Shown: in pieces, positions 18,934 to 28,600 of the stretch
How the letters are laid out: the number at the start of each line of letters is the position of its first letter
Numbering within the stretch: the stretch's first letter is position 1
Assembly (NCBI GenBank): GCA_001818495.1
Contig: MHKS01000005.1
Span: forward strand, 116,188-180,187
Direction: 5' to 3'
Source of the DNA: Candidatus Komeilibacteria bacterium RIFOXYD1_FULL_37_29
GTDB taxonomy: Bacteria; Patescibacteriota; Patescibacteriia; UBA1558; GWA2-36-10
DNA length: 64,000 bases
The notes under the pieces: generated by a model
Databases searched by the model: none
What the model was told of the DNA's origin: nothing
The model's input: only the letters and a program-made list of their open reading frames with translations
Made by a program: the position numbers and the translations under genes

Positions 18934-19251
18934 CTATCTGCTAGGGGGGTTTTGTTTTGTCAGTTGTCCATTCCAACCGCCAAGCATTTTGCCTATTTCA
19001 TCTATTTTAGTAGCCAAAAGTATATATTTTTTGGTATCTAGAGATTTGGTTTCCCAAAGTAGGAGCAAGAATATTTTTAAAGTATCTATTTTTTGTATAG
19101 CTCTTTTAACATAGGGCAGTTTTTCTGTTTTAGTCAAAAAACTAGCCGTAGCTATGGCCTCTATAGCTTCTACAAACAAATTATCAACTTTTTGTCCTAA
19201 AGTATATTTATGTGTCTTTACTAAGGTTTGATGATAACCATACCAAAGCAA
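18934..19251 (-). CDS. possible Avd-like accessory protein (four-helix-bundle / 23S-IVS protein family), opposite strand
   Basis: 105-aa helical ORF between TR and RT. Its C-terminal half (KIFLLLLWETKSLDTKKYILLATKIDEIGKMLGGW) resembles the conserved ...EIGKML... end of Avd/IVS proteins. It has a TTG start, and the N-terminal half is shorter than bAvd. Confidence 0.4.
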   Translation of the reverse strand: MLWYGYHQTLVKTHKYTLGQKVDNLFVEAIEAIATASFLTKTEKLPYVKRAIQKIDTLKIFLLLLWETKSLDTKKYILLATKIDEIGKMLGGWNGQLTKQNPPSR

Positions 19252-19312
19252 ATAAGCCGCTTTTATTTTCTGAAGTAGTGGTAAAAGTTGAGGGGGGGGT
19301 AGAATTAGTGGT

Positions 19313-20299
19313 ATGGGGAAAATTCAATTTATTCATGACTACAATTATATCATTTCTTTGGAGAACTTGCTTGAAGCTTGGCAAGAATTTTTGTGCGGTA
19401 AGTGGCAGCGTCAAGATGTTCAAGAGTTTGAACGGGATCTAATGACCAATGTTATTATTTTGCATAATGAGCTAATTAATTTTACCTATTTTCATTCTGG
19501 TTACAAGGCTTTTAAAATATCCGATCCCAAACCCAGAGATATTCATAAAGCCAGTGTACGTGATAGGTTACTGCACCACGCTATTTACAGGCAACTTTAC
19601 CCATTCTTTGATAAGACATTTATCGCCGATTCATATTCTTGTCGAAATAATAAAGGTACACACAAAGCTATAAATAGTTTTAGAAGTATGGCTTACCAAG
19701 TCAGTAAAAATCATACTAAAACTTGCTGGGTATTAAAGTGTGATATTAAAAAGTTTTTTGCCAACATTGATCATGATATATTAAAAAGTATTTTAATTAA
19801 ATACATACCAGATAAAGATATAATTTGGCTACTAAACAGAGTTATTGATAGTTTTGAAGTTAATCCAGGGAAGGGTTTGCCCTTAGGTAATCTAACGTCT
19901 CAATTATTTGTAAATGTTTACATGAACGAATTTGACCAATTGGTAAAACATCAATTAAAACAAAAATATTATATTCGCTATGCTGATGATTTTGTATTTT
20001 TATCTAGTAATAGGCAAGAGCTAGTAAGTATAGTCAAATCAGTTTATGAGTTTTTAGGCAAAAAACTTACTTTACAAATTCATCCTAATAAAATATCTTT
20101 GGCTACTTTGGTCAGTGGCGTTGATTATTTGGGGTATGTACATTTTCCTAAATACAGAATACTGCGGACTAAGACTAAAAAAAGAGCACTGCGCTTGGTG
20201 AATCGTAAAAATTTACCATCATATTTAGGTGTTTGTAAACATGCCAATGCTTTTGTTGTACAGCAAAGGTTGATTAATAAGGTTGATAAAACCAATTGA
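19313..20299 (+). CDS. DGR-type reverse transcriptase
   Basis: RT motifs are present, and the DGR-diagnostic motif 4 LPLGNLTSQLFVNVYMNEFD (an IGxxxSQ variant) precedes the YADD box (YIRYADDFVFL). Its size of 328 aa is typical of DGR RTs. There is no maturase/En domain. Confidence 0.85.
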   Translation: MGKIQFIHDYNYIISLENLLEAWQEFLCGKWQRQDVQEFERDLMTNVIILHNELINFTYFHSGYKAFKISDPKPRDIHKASVRDRLLHHAIYRQLYPFFDKTFIADSYSCRNNKGTHKAINSFRSMAYQVSKNHTKTCWVLKCDIKKFFANIDHDILKSILIKYIPDKDIIWLLNRVIDSFEVNPGKGLPLGNLTSQLFVNVYMNEFDQLVKHQLKQKYYIRYADDFVFLSSNRQELVSIVKSVYEFLGKKLTLQIHPNKISLATLVSGVDYLGYVHFPKYRILRTKTKKRALRLVNRKNLPSYLGVCKHANAFVVQQRLINKVDKTN

Positions 20300-20316
20300 T
20301 TTGACAGGAAAAGTTT

Positions 20317-21270
20317 TTATTTTAAACCAACGAGTTGTTTTACTTGGGCCATGGTTTGATCAGCTATTTTTTGAGCTTCTTTGGCTCCATCACGCAGGAT
20401 TTTTTCTACCTTTGATTTATTATTTTCGTAGTAAACGATTTTTTCTTGAGTCGGTTTTAAAAATTCTAAGATAGCTTTAGCCAGGTCTTCTTTCAGAGAG
20501 GCATTCATTAGTTTACCGGATTTATGTTCATTCATCATTCGTTCATATTTTTTAAGGTCACCAAAATATGAATATAATTCTAAAAGATTTAAAACTCCTT
20601 GATCGTCGGTTACCGCTTTTTTGATTTTCTGACTAACGGTTTTTTCATCATCGCGGAGGGCAATATAGCTGGCTTCACCGTGTGATTTACTCATTTTTCT
20701 TTCGGGGTATTTTAGTGACATGACGCGTCTAGCTGGGGAGATCACTGGTTTGGGTTCGGGAAAATATCTTTGGTAGCGATTATTAAATTTGCGGGCGATA
20801 ATTCTAGAAAGTTCTAGATGTTGTAATTGGTCTTCTCCCACCGGCACAGACTCTGCCCGATAAAGTAAAATATCGGCCGCTTGTAAAACCGGATAAGTTA
20901 GTAGTCCGGCATTGACATTGTCTGGTTGTTTTTTTGATTCATCTTTAAATTGGGTCATCCTTTCTAACTCTGAAACCGGAGTGAGGCAGTTAAATATCCA
21001 AGCTAGCTCAGTGTGTCCGATGACATCGGATTGGCGAAAGAGCACCGCTTTTTTAGGATCAATGCCCAAAGACAAAAGGTCTATGGCCAATTGTAGGCTA
21101 TGGTCTCTTAGTTCATCGGGATTTATTTTTATAGTCAAAGCATGTAAATCAGCTATGAAATAGAGGCATTGGTATTTTTCTTGTAGTTCTACCCAGTTTT
21201 TTAGCGCTCCCAAGTAGTTTCCTAGGTGGATTTTGCCAGTTGGTTTAATACCAGAGAATAGTTTGTTCAT
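20317..21270 (-). CDS. trpS: tryptophan--tRNA ligase TrpS
   Basis: Class I HIGH-type motif GKIHLGNYLGAL, the KMSKS loop (KMSKSHG), and overall TrpS length. Confidence 0.9.
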   Translation of the reverse strand: MNKLFSGIKPTGKIHLGNYLGALKNWVELQEKYQCLYFIADLHALTIKINPDELRDHSLQLAIDLLSLGIDPKKAVLFRQSDVIGHTELAWIFNCLTPVSELERMTQFKDESKKQPDNVNAGLLTYPVLQAADILLYRAESVPVGEDQLQHLELSRIIARKFNNRYQRYFPEPKPVISPARRVMSLKYPERKMSKSHGEASYIALRDDEKTVSQKIKKAVTDDQGVLNLLELYSYFGDLKKYERMMNEHKSGKLMNASLKEDLAKAILEFLKPTQEKIVYYENNKSKVEKILRDGAKEAQKIADQTMAQVKQLVGLK

Positions 21271-21308
21271 GGATTTTTTATAATGTTTTATAGTAATATT
21301 TTAACTAA

Positions 21309-21335
21309 ATAAACCTCCGCGGTCAAACGGAGGTT
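21309..21335 (-). terminator. rho-independent terminator downstream of rnj (minus strand)
   Basis: aacctccg-cggtcaaa-cggaggtt hairpin with a T-rich tail on the minus strand. Confidence 0.45.
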
Positions 21336-21340
21336 ATTGT

Positions 21341-23359
21341 TTATACTTCTATTACTACTGGCAGTATCATTGGCCTTCTTTCAGTTTTTTGGAAAATGAA
21401 TTGTCCCAGGTCATTTCTGATGGATTCTTTGATATAGCTGTCGTTTATTTTACCATTGGTTTTACTATGATCGTTAACAATATTTTTTACTTTAGTACGT
21501 ATTGTTTCTACAATCTCTTTATTTTCACGCATATAGATAAAGCCACGAGAAATAATATCGGGCGAGTGGACCAATTTACCATTTTTACTGATAGTTGTGA
21601 TAACCACCAGCATGCCATCCTCAGCCATCATTTGGCGATCGCGCAAAACTACATGAGATACATCACCAACTCCTAGACCATCGACAAAGACATACTCAGA
21701 GGGAGCTTTTTCTTTGCTCATGACACCATTTCCTTTGGCGTCAAATTCTATGATTTGGCCGTTATCAGGTACAAATATTCTATTATCAGCCATGCCAGCT
21801 CTTTGAGCCACCTTGGCGTGTATTTTTAAAAATGAATGATTACCATAAACTGGAATATGATATTTTGGCCTGATCATTTGGATCATTTCCAAAAGATCTT
21901 CTTGCTTAGCATGACCACCAGCATGGACGTCCATCATTTTATAGTGGATGACTTCGGCGCCTTTTCTATATAAATTATCTTTTAGTCTTTGGACCGATCT
22001 TTCATTGCCCGGTACAACTGAGGAAGAAAAGACTATGGTGTCACCAACAGAGATTTTGAGTTGGCGATGTTCGTTGGTAGCAATACGCATCAAGACAGCA
22101 TTGTCTTCTCCTTGCGCACCAGTACACATAATAATAATTTTATTATCAGGATAGCTTTTAGCATCTTTGAGATTGATGATGGTACCTTTTTTGACTTGCA
22201 TGTAGCCGAGTTGTTGAGCTAACTCCACATTTCTTTTCATAGAGTAGCCTTCAATCACTACTTTTTTGCCAATTTTTTCGGCTGACCAGATAATTTGCTG
22301 GATACGGCCAATCAATGAAGCAAAGGTACCGATGATGGTCCGTCCAGGTGCTTGAGTCAAGATTTCGTCAATGTTGTTTTGGATATCGCCCTCGGTCAAT
22401 TGGTGTCCGGGTTGAGGAGCGTTGGTTGAATCGGCCATTAGGGCCAAAACATTTTGTTTACCCAAGGCTTTTATTTTAGCAATTTCAGTGGGGGCATCAC
22501 CAGAGGCTTTGGCGTCGAGTTTAAAGTCTCCAGTGTGGACGACTTTTCCATTGGGAGTATCAACTATTACGCCGACTGATCCGGGGATATTGTGGCTGAC
22601 GCCAAAAAAACTAATTTTAAATTTTCCCAAAACTAATCTAGTGTCAACAGTAATGGATTTTAATCTGAGGGGAGTTTGTACCTTGAAGTCTTCTTGACGC
22701 TTGGCAATGATACCCAAAGTCAGCGGTGTACCGTAGATGGTAGGGTTGCCAATTTTGGGAATGATATGAGGAATAGCGCCTATGTGGTCATAGTGTCCAT
22801 GGGTGATGATAACACCGCGAATATTTTTTTCTTTACCTTTGAGGTATTCGATATTGGGAATAATATAATCAATACCAGGCATATCTTCTTCTGGCCATTG
22901 TAAGCCCATGTCAATGATTATAATATCATTTTCATATTCAAAAATGGTCATATTGCGGCCGACTTCTTCACAGCCACCAACTGGGATAATACGCAGAGTA
23001 TTTTTGGCTAGTTGTTTGACATTAACTGTTCTTTTGTTGGCTTCTGGTTCTAAACTATTGTTTTGTCCTCTTCCTTGGCTACGGTTTTTCATTTTTGACT
23101 GACCATGATGATAGGGTGGTCTCTGTCCAGCTTGGTGTTTATTTTTTTGATGAGGTTGGTAAGGGACTTTTTTGGCAGCATCTTTATCAGGCGGAGTATG
23201 GCTAGGGATATTATTTTTCCTATTTTTAGCATGGTCAAATTTCGTTCTTTTGTGAGAACGATGACCTCTAGTGGTGCCTTTTTCAGAGGGGGAAGTGTAT
23301 TTTTTAGTATTTTCAGTACCGGATAATAAATTATCGGTCGAATCTTTCAGTGCATTCAT
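21341..23359 (-). CDS. rnj: ribonuclease J (metallo-beta-lactamase/beta-CASP) with ~110-aa basic low-complexity N-terminal extension
   Basis: VIITHGHYDHIGAIP (HxHxDH), beta-CASP motifs (HTGDFKLD, MADSTNA), and C-terminal ...VDVHAGGHA. The N-terminal 110 residues are K/R/H/Q/P-rich. Confidence 0.85.
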   Translation of the reverse strand: MNALKDSTDNLLSGTENTKKYTSPSEKGTTRGHRSHKRTKFDHAKNRKNNIPSHTPPDKDAAKKVPYQPHQKNKHQAGQRPPYHHGQSKMKNRSQGRGQNNSLEPEANKRTVNVKQLAKNTLRIIPVGGCEEVGRNMTIFEYENDIIIIDMGLQWPEEDMPGIDYIIPNIEYLKGKEKNIRGVIITHGHYDHIGAIPHIIPKIGNPTIYGTPLTLGIIAKRQEDFKVQTPLRLKSITVDTRLVLGKFKISFFGVSHNIPGSVGVIVDTPNGKVVHTGDFKLDAKASGDAPTEIAKIKALGKQNVLALMADSTNAPQPGHQLTEGDIQNNIDEILTQAPGRTIIGTFASLIGRIQQIIWSAEKIGKKVVIEGYSMKRNVELAQQLGYMQVKKGTIINLKDAKSYPDNKIIIMCTGAQGEDNAVLMRIATNEHRQLKISVGDTIVFSSSVVPGNERSVQRLKDNLYRKGAEVIHYKMMDVHAGGHAKQEDLLEMIQMIRPKYHIPVYGNHSFLKIHAKVAQRAGMADNRIFVPDNGQIIEFDAKGNGVMSKEKAPSEYVFVDGLGVGDVSHVVLRDRQMMAEDGMLVVITTISKNGKLVHSPDIISRGFIYMRENKEIVETIRTKVKNIVNDHSKTNGKINDSYIKESIRNDLGQFIFQKTERRPMILPVVIEV

Positions 23360-23399
23360 AACAGTTTGTGTTTTTTAAGTATTATTTAATTAGTATGAT

Positions 23400-25247
23400 T
23401 TAAGAATTATTTTTTGATAAGACGCGTTTGGTTTTTACATACCAAGACGTGATATCATTGAAACGATCAGACGGCAAATTTATAAATTTTAGGTTTTCGA
23501 GACCTTTTAATTTGTCGCTGGTTGGATAAGTGTAAGTAGGATTATATAAAAAGATAGCAAAGTTTAATTCTAAGAGTTTTTCTTGGAATTTTTTGAGCGG
23601 TTCCAGCTTGGCTTCGTCTTGATTGGCATTTTTGATAATATCCAAATAATCATCAATATCTTTATTGGCTATTACACTCAAATTTAATCCTGGGTTTTGA
23701 TTTTGGCTGGAATGCCAGAAAGGATAGGGTCCGGAATTGGTATTGACGACCTGTCCAAAGATCAGTATTTGATAATTTCTTGGTTCAATAATATCTTTTT
23801 TTATTCTATCTTTTGAGACAATCTCCAATTCGGTTTTAACGCCGATATTTTGCCAGCTCTCTTGTATCAAAGAAGCGATTTTGACATTTTCACTTTGATC
23901 AATAGTGCTTAGTTTGACGCTTAACTCCACAGTTTCGTCTTTATCATTTATCTTGGTGCGAAACTTTCCTTCAGATGGCATAGTCCAGTCTAGTTCATCT
24001 AAAATTGTTTTAGCTTTATCGGGATTATACTCTTCGGCTTTAATATTGTCATCGTAGCCCAATAATCCTGGCAAAAGTGGAGTATGGATTATTTGACCAT
24101 CGTCATTTAGTACTTCATTTAGTATTCTTTGTTTGTCTACGGAAATAGCCAAAATTTGGCGGAAACTATTATTGGTCAATAAATCATTTTTTGTCGGGTT
24201 AAAGAATATGGCTGTGTATTGAGGGAATTGTAGATTATTTAAATTTACTTTAAAGTTTTCCAACTCTTCTTTGTATTCTTTGGGTAAATATATCAATCCG
24301 TCGACATTTTTATTTTGTAAAGCTGTAACCGCTGTGAGAAAATCTGGATAAAATTTAAAATGTAATTCTTCTATATAGGCCGGTTCTAAATGATAATCTT
24401 TATACATTTCCAAAACATAAGTTTTGATATTGCCAGTACTTTCTCTGGTTAGTGATTTGAATTTATATGGTCCAGAGCCAACTGGCTTAATATTTAAGTC
24501 AGCCAAATTGGCGCCAAAGGCGGGGATAGAATACCAGAGGTGCTCCGGTAAAATACCAATAGTCAAAACTGACAAGAAAGCCGGAAAAGGTTTTTCCAAT
24601 TTAAATTGAACAGTCTGGTCATTGATAGCTCGGACACTCACGCCACTAAAACTATTTCTAAAGGGGCTTTTGTATTCCGGATTTTTTATGTTGTTTATAG
24701 TAAAAACTATATCGTCAGCCATGATGGGTTCTCCATCGTGCCACCGCAGATCATCGCGCAACTCAAAAGTATAGGTGGTTTGTTCAGCATCGATACTATA
24801 ACCGCTAGCCAAGTCCGGCACCAATTGATTTTGGCCATCGAGCTTCATCAGGCCGGAAAATATCAATTTAGTTAGATCTCTATCGACATCGCTAGTAGCT
24901 AAGATGGGGTTGACTAGACTGGGAGCGCCAATCATTCCTTCGGTATAAAGACCGCCAGATTTTGGCATAGCGACGGAGTTTTTAAGGTAAAAACGCCAGG
25001 CTAGGCCAAAAATTGAAACTATTAATATAATTACCGCTAATGACAATTGCCATTTTTCTGTTTTATTAAGGAACTTGGGCAATTGTTTTAATTGTCCGGG
25101 GCTAGGTATTTTCTTTTTATTAAGCTGGATAATCAGCTGTTGGTTGATATCTTTGGCTTCGGGTTGAGAGATTTGGTCTTTTCCTTTTTTAAGTAAAGTA
25201 AAAAACCAGCCAAAAATATTTTGACTTTTATTTCTAATAAAAATCAA
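23400..25247 (-). CDS. ABC transporter substrate-binding protein, family 5 (oligopeptide/nickel-type), with N-terminal membrane anchor
   Basis: N-terminal TM (LSLAVIILIVSIFGLAW), then family-5 SBP patterns (GGLYTEGMIG...LIFSGLMK, DGEPIMADDIVFTIN, GSGPYKF). Confidence 0.65.
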   Translation of the reverse strand: MIFIRNKSQNIFGWFFTLLKKGKDQISQPEAKDINQQLIIQLNKKKIPSPGQLKQLPKFLNKTEKWQLSLAVIILIVSIFGLAWRFYLKNSVAMPKSGGLYTEGMIGAPSLVNPILATSDVDRDLTKLIFSGLMKLDGQNQLVPDLASGYSIDAEQTTYTFELRDDLRWHDGEPIMADDIVFTINNIKNPEYKSPFRNSFSGVSVRAINDQTVQFKLEKPFPAFLSVLTIGILPEHLWYSIPAFGANLADLNIKPVGSGPYKFKSLTRESTGNIKTYVLEMYKDYHLEPAYIEELHFKFYPDFLTAVTALQNKNVDGLIYLPKEYKEELENFKVNLNNLQFPQYTAIFFNPTKNDLLTNNSFRQILAISVDKQRILNEVLNDDGQIIHTPLLPGLLGYDDNIKAEEYNPDKAKTILDELDWTMPSEGKFRTKINDKDETVELSVKLSTIDQSENVKIASLIQESWQNIGVKTELEIVSKDRIKKDIIEPRNYQILIFGQVVNTNSGPYPFWHSSQNQNPGLNLSVIANKDIDDYLDIIKNANQDEAKLEPLKKFQEKLLELNFAIFLYNPTYTYPTSDKLKGLENLKFINLPSDRFNDITSWYVKTKRVLSKNNS

Positions 25248-25305
25248 AAAGCTTTTAATTTTTGAGAAGATCTCTATATTTTTGTTTTAATTATTAACTA
25301 GTTAG

Positions 25306-25524
25306 CTATTCAACAAACAAGTTAGCCAAAGAGGTGGCTAAAAATAGAACAGCTAAGATAATTGTAAATCTAAAAATAAACTTTTCGGCGCCTCTCTTAG
25401 TACGATAAATAGCATTGTCTCCGCCAAAGCCGGCACCTAGTCCAGATCCTTTTTGCTGCACCAAAATACTAATCATAAGTAGAATAGAGATCACAATTTG
25501 GATAATGTAAATTAGGTTTTTCAT
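25306..25524 (-). CDS. secG: preprotein translocase subunit SecG
   Basis: 72 aa with two TM helices and the central LLQQKGSGLGAGFGG glycine-rich loop typical of SecG. Confidence 0.6.
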   Translation of the reverse strand: MKNLIYIIQIVISILLMISILVQQKGSGLGAGFGGDNAIYRTKRGAEKFIFRFTIILAVLFLATSLANLFVE

Positions 25525-25688
25525 GGATTGTTAGAAGTGATAAATAACTATCTCATACTAACAGATAGGAGGCATTTTGTCAAGGTAAAACTTTTACCCT
25601 CGGGGGGTGTTATTCATTGTATAGTTATTGACTTAGCATAAAATACATGCTACCATAGGCAGGATTATTGTTTTAAATTTTTTATACT

Positions 25689-28535
25689 ATGCCTAAATTT
25701 ATTACTATCAAAGGTGCCAAAGTGCACAATCTAAAAAATGTAGATGTAAAAATTCCACGTAATAAATTTGTGGTCATTACAGGACTTTCTGGCTCAGGAA
25801 AGTCCTCTTTGGCTTTTGATACCATCTATGCCGAGGGCCAACGGCGCTATGTGGAGTCACTTTCCTCTTATGCTAGGCAGTTTTTGGACTTGATGGACAA
25901 ACCAGATGTCGAGCAAATCGACGGCTTATCGCCAGCTATTTCTATTGACCAACGGTCTTCTTCTAGAAATCCTCGTTCGACGGTTGGTACGGTCACAGAA
26001 ATTTATGATTATTTGAGATTGCTGTTTGCTAAAATTGGTGTACCCCATTGTCACAAATGTCACCAGGCACTGATTAAGCAAACGCAAAAAGAAATAGCCG
26101 ATAAAATTTGGCAATTGCCCAAAGAGTCAGAGTTTATAATCATGGCGCCGATTGTCAGAAATAAAAAAGGCGAGCATCGTCAGTCAGTCGAGCGGATAAA
26201 AGCTTTGGGTTATAAAAAATTGAGAATCGATGGTACTTTTTATAATCTCAAAGAAGCCCTCGATGTTGATTTGGATAAATACAAAAGACACGATGTGGAA
26301 GTAGCCATTGATCACTTACGAAGAGATGGTACCAAAAAAACTAGAGATCGTTTGAGCCAGGTGGTAGATTTGGCTTTGGATTTGGGCAATGGTTTTGTGA
26401 CTGTACATTTGCCTCGGGAAAAGGAAGATTTGTTTTTTAGTGAGCATTTTACCTGTTTGGATCATCCAGAAGTAATTTTTACTTCGATTGAATCTAGAAA
26501 TTTTTCTTTTAACAGTCCGCACGGCGCTTGTGCTAGTTGTACTGGACTAGGCACCAAGCTGACTGTTGATCGTGATTTGGTTATACCCAATAGAAAACTA
26601 TCTTTGGCTGAAGGAGCCATCAGACCTTGGTCTAGGACAGCTGCCAATCAAAATTGGTATACCGCTATTGTTGAAGCTGTAGCTCAAAAATATAATTTTT
26701 CCACCAGATTGCCGGTAGAACAGCTTAGCCAAAAACATTTGGATATTATTTTCAACGGCACCGGAGAAGAAACCTATCGACTGGCCAGTGATAATTCAAA
26801 ATTTAGTAACAACAGCAATTTTTTTGAAGGAGTGGTAAAAAATTTGGAAAGAAAGTATCGGGAGACTGACTCTGATTATATTCGCAGTGAAATTGAAAGG
26901 TATATGAGAGTGGAGATTTGCGAAGATTGCCAAGGTAAAAGATTAAAACCAGAAGTTTTAAATATCAAAGTAACTGGCCAAAGCATTTCCGATATCACCG
27001 GTCAAAATATTGATGATTTGCACAAAAAATTTAAAGATTTACCCAAAGAATTATCAGTCAATGAAAACATTATTGCTAAGCAAATTATCAAAGAGATCAA
27101 CGACCGTTTGGTATTTTTGGAAAATGTTGGCTTAAATTATTTGACTTTAGATCGAGCCGCTTCCACACTATCGGGTGGTGAAGCCCAGCGTATTCGTCTA
27201 GCTACTCAAATTGGGTCTTCTTTGACCGGCGTATTGTATGTCTTAGATGAGCCATCTATTGGGCTTCATCAAATTGATAATGCCAAATTGATTCAGACTT
27301 TGAAAGATTTAAGAGACCTGGGTAACTCAGTGATTGTTGTAGAGCACGATGAAGAAACTATGCTGGCCGCTGACTATTTGATTGATATCGGTCCAGGGGC
27401 TGGCAAGCACGGTGGTGAGATTGTAGCTTGTGGCACACCAGATAGTATCAAAAAAAACACCCGCTCTTTGACTGGGCAGTATTTGGTCGGTAAAAAATTT
27501 ATTCCCATACCAAAAAAATATCGCAAAGGCAACGGCAAGACCCTTTCTATCTTAGGAGCCAAAGCTTTTAATCTCAAAGATATTGATGTAGATTTCCCCT
27601 TGGGTAAATTTATTTCTATTACCGGAGTATCTGGTTCTGGTAAATCTACTTTGATGACAGAGATTTTAGCCAAGGCTCTGACTAAACATTTTTACCGATC
27701 AAAAGATAAGCCAGGCGATCATCGGGAAATCAAAGGACTAGAAAATATTGATAAAGTCATTGATATTGATCAATCTCCGATTGGTCGTACACCACGCTCT
27801 AATCCAGCGACCTACACTGGGGCTTTTACCTATATCAGAGATTTGTTTGCCGAACTGCCCGAAGCTCAAATCAGGGGATATAAAGCTGGAAGATTTTCTT
27901 TTAATGTCAAAGGGGGCCGTTGTGAAAATTGTCAGGGCGATGGCTCTATCAAGATTGAAATGAATTTTTTACCCAATGTTTATGTAGAATGTAAAGAATG
28001 TCATGGTCGTCGGTATAATGAAGAGGCTTTGGAAATTCATTATAAAGGTAAAGATATTTCTGAACTTTTACAAATGACCGCCGATGAAGCTATGAATTTT
28101 TTTGAGGATGTGCCCAATATTTTTAATAAATTAAAAACTTTGGTCGATGTTGGTTTGGGTTATATCAAACTCGGCCAACCAGCCACGACACTATCGGGTG
28201 GTGAAGCCCAGCGTATCAAGCTAGCTACCGAACTCTCTCGTCGTTCTTCTGGTAAGACCCTCTACATACTAGATGAGCCAACAACTGGTTTGCATTTTGA
28301 TGATGTTAAGCGTCTTTTGGAGGTATTGCATCGCTTGGTTGATAAGGGTAACACTGTTTTGGTGATTGAACACAATCTTGATGTGATAAAAAGTTCTGAC
28401 TGGGTGATAGATTTGGGTCCAGAAGGAGGAGACAAGGGTGGAAGATTAGTGGCTGTCGGCACACCTATAGAAGTAGCCAAAGTCAAAGAATCTCACACTG
28501 GAAAATATTTAGCTAAGATGATTAATAAAAAGTAA
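25689..28535 (+). CDS. uvrA: excinuclease ABC subunit A UvrA
   Basis: Two ABC ATPase modules ([35 protein letters not shown]; [22 protein letters not shown]), zinc-finger cysteines, 948 aa. Confidence 0.95.
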   Translation: MPKFITIKGAKVHNLKNVDVKIPRNKFVVITGLSGSGKSSLAFDTIYAEGQRRYVESLSSYARQFLDLMDKPDVEQIDGLSPAISIDQRSSSRNPRSTVGTVTEIYDYLRLLFAKIGVPHCHKCHQALIKQTQKEIADKIWQLPKESEFIIMAPIVRNKKGEHRQSVERIKALGYKKLRIDGTFYNLKEALDVDLDKYKRHDVEVAIDHLRRDGTKKTRDRLSQVVDLALDLGNGFVTVHLPREKEDLFFSEHFTCLDHPEVIFTSIESRNFSFNSPHGACASCTGLGTKLTVDRDLVIPNRKLSLAEGAIRPWSRTAANQNWYTAIVEAVAQKYNFSTRLPVEQLSQKHLDIIFNGTGEETYRLASDNSKFSNNSNFFEGVVKNLERKYRETDSDYIRSEIERYMRVEICEDCQGKRLKPEVLNIKVTGQSISDITGQNIDDLHKKFKDLPKELSVNENIIAKQIIKEINDRLVFLENVGLNYLTLDRAASTLSGGEAQRIRLATQIGSSLTGVLYVLDEPSIGLHQIDNAKLIQTLKDLRDLGNSVIVVEHDEETMLAADYLIDIGPGAGKHGGEIVACGTPDSIKKNTRSLTGQYLVGKKFIPIPKKYRKGNGKTLSILGAKAFNLKDIDVDFPLGKFISITGVSGSGKSTLMTEILAKALTKHFYRSKDKPGDHREIKGLENIDKVIDIDQSPIGRTPRSNPATYTGAFTYIRDLFAELPEAQIRGYKAGRFSFNVKGGRCENCQGDGSIKIEMNFLPNVYVECKECHGRRYNEEALEIHYKGKDISELLQMTADEAMNFFEDVPNIFNKLKTLVDVGLGYIKLGQPATTLSGGEAQRIKLATELSRRSSGKTLYILDEPTTGLHFDDVKRLLEVLHRLVDKGNTVLVIEHNLDVIKSSDWVIDLGPEGGDKGGRLVAVGTPIEVAKVKESHTGKYLAKMINKK

Positions 28536-28537
28536 AT

Positions 28538-28566
28538 AAACTCCCCATTTTGGGGAGTTTATTTCT
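28538..28566 (+). terminator. rho-independent terminator after uvrA
   Basis: aaactcccc-atttt-ggggagttt followed by ATTTCTT. Confidence 0.5.
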
Positions 28567-28600
28567 TGTCAGAAAAGTTATTTTTAAGTATTATATAGTC

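Noticed and set aside
18637-19114. ORFs overlapping the template repeat (18637..18912 minus; 18881..19114 plus)
   Set aside because: The TR is non-coding in DGRs. These frames have no start context, and their translations are nonsense-like or low-complexity.
19313-20299. Group II intron or retron interpretation of the reverse transcriptase
   Set aside because: There are no maturase (X) or endonuclease domains and no intron RNA domain V/VI features nearby. The GNLTSQ motif and the adjacent adenine-specific VR/TR pair are diagnostic of a DGR instead.
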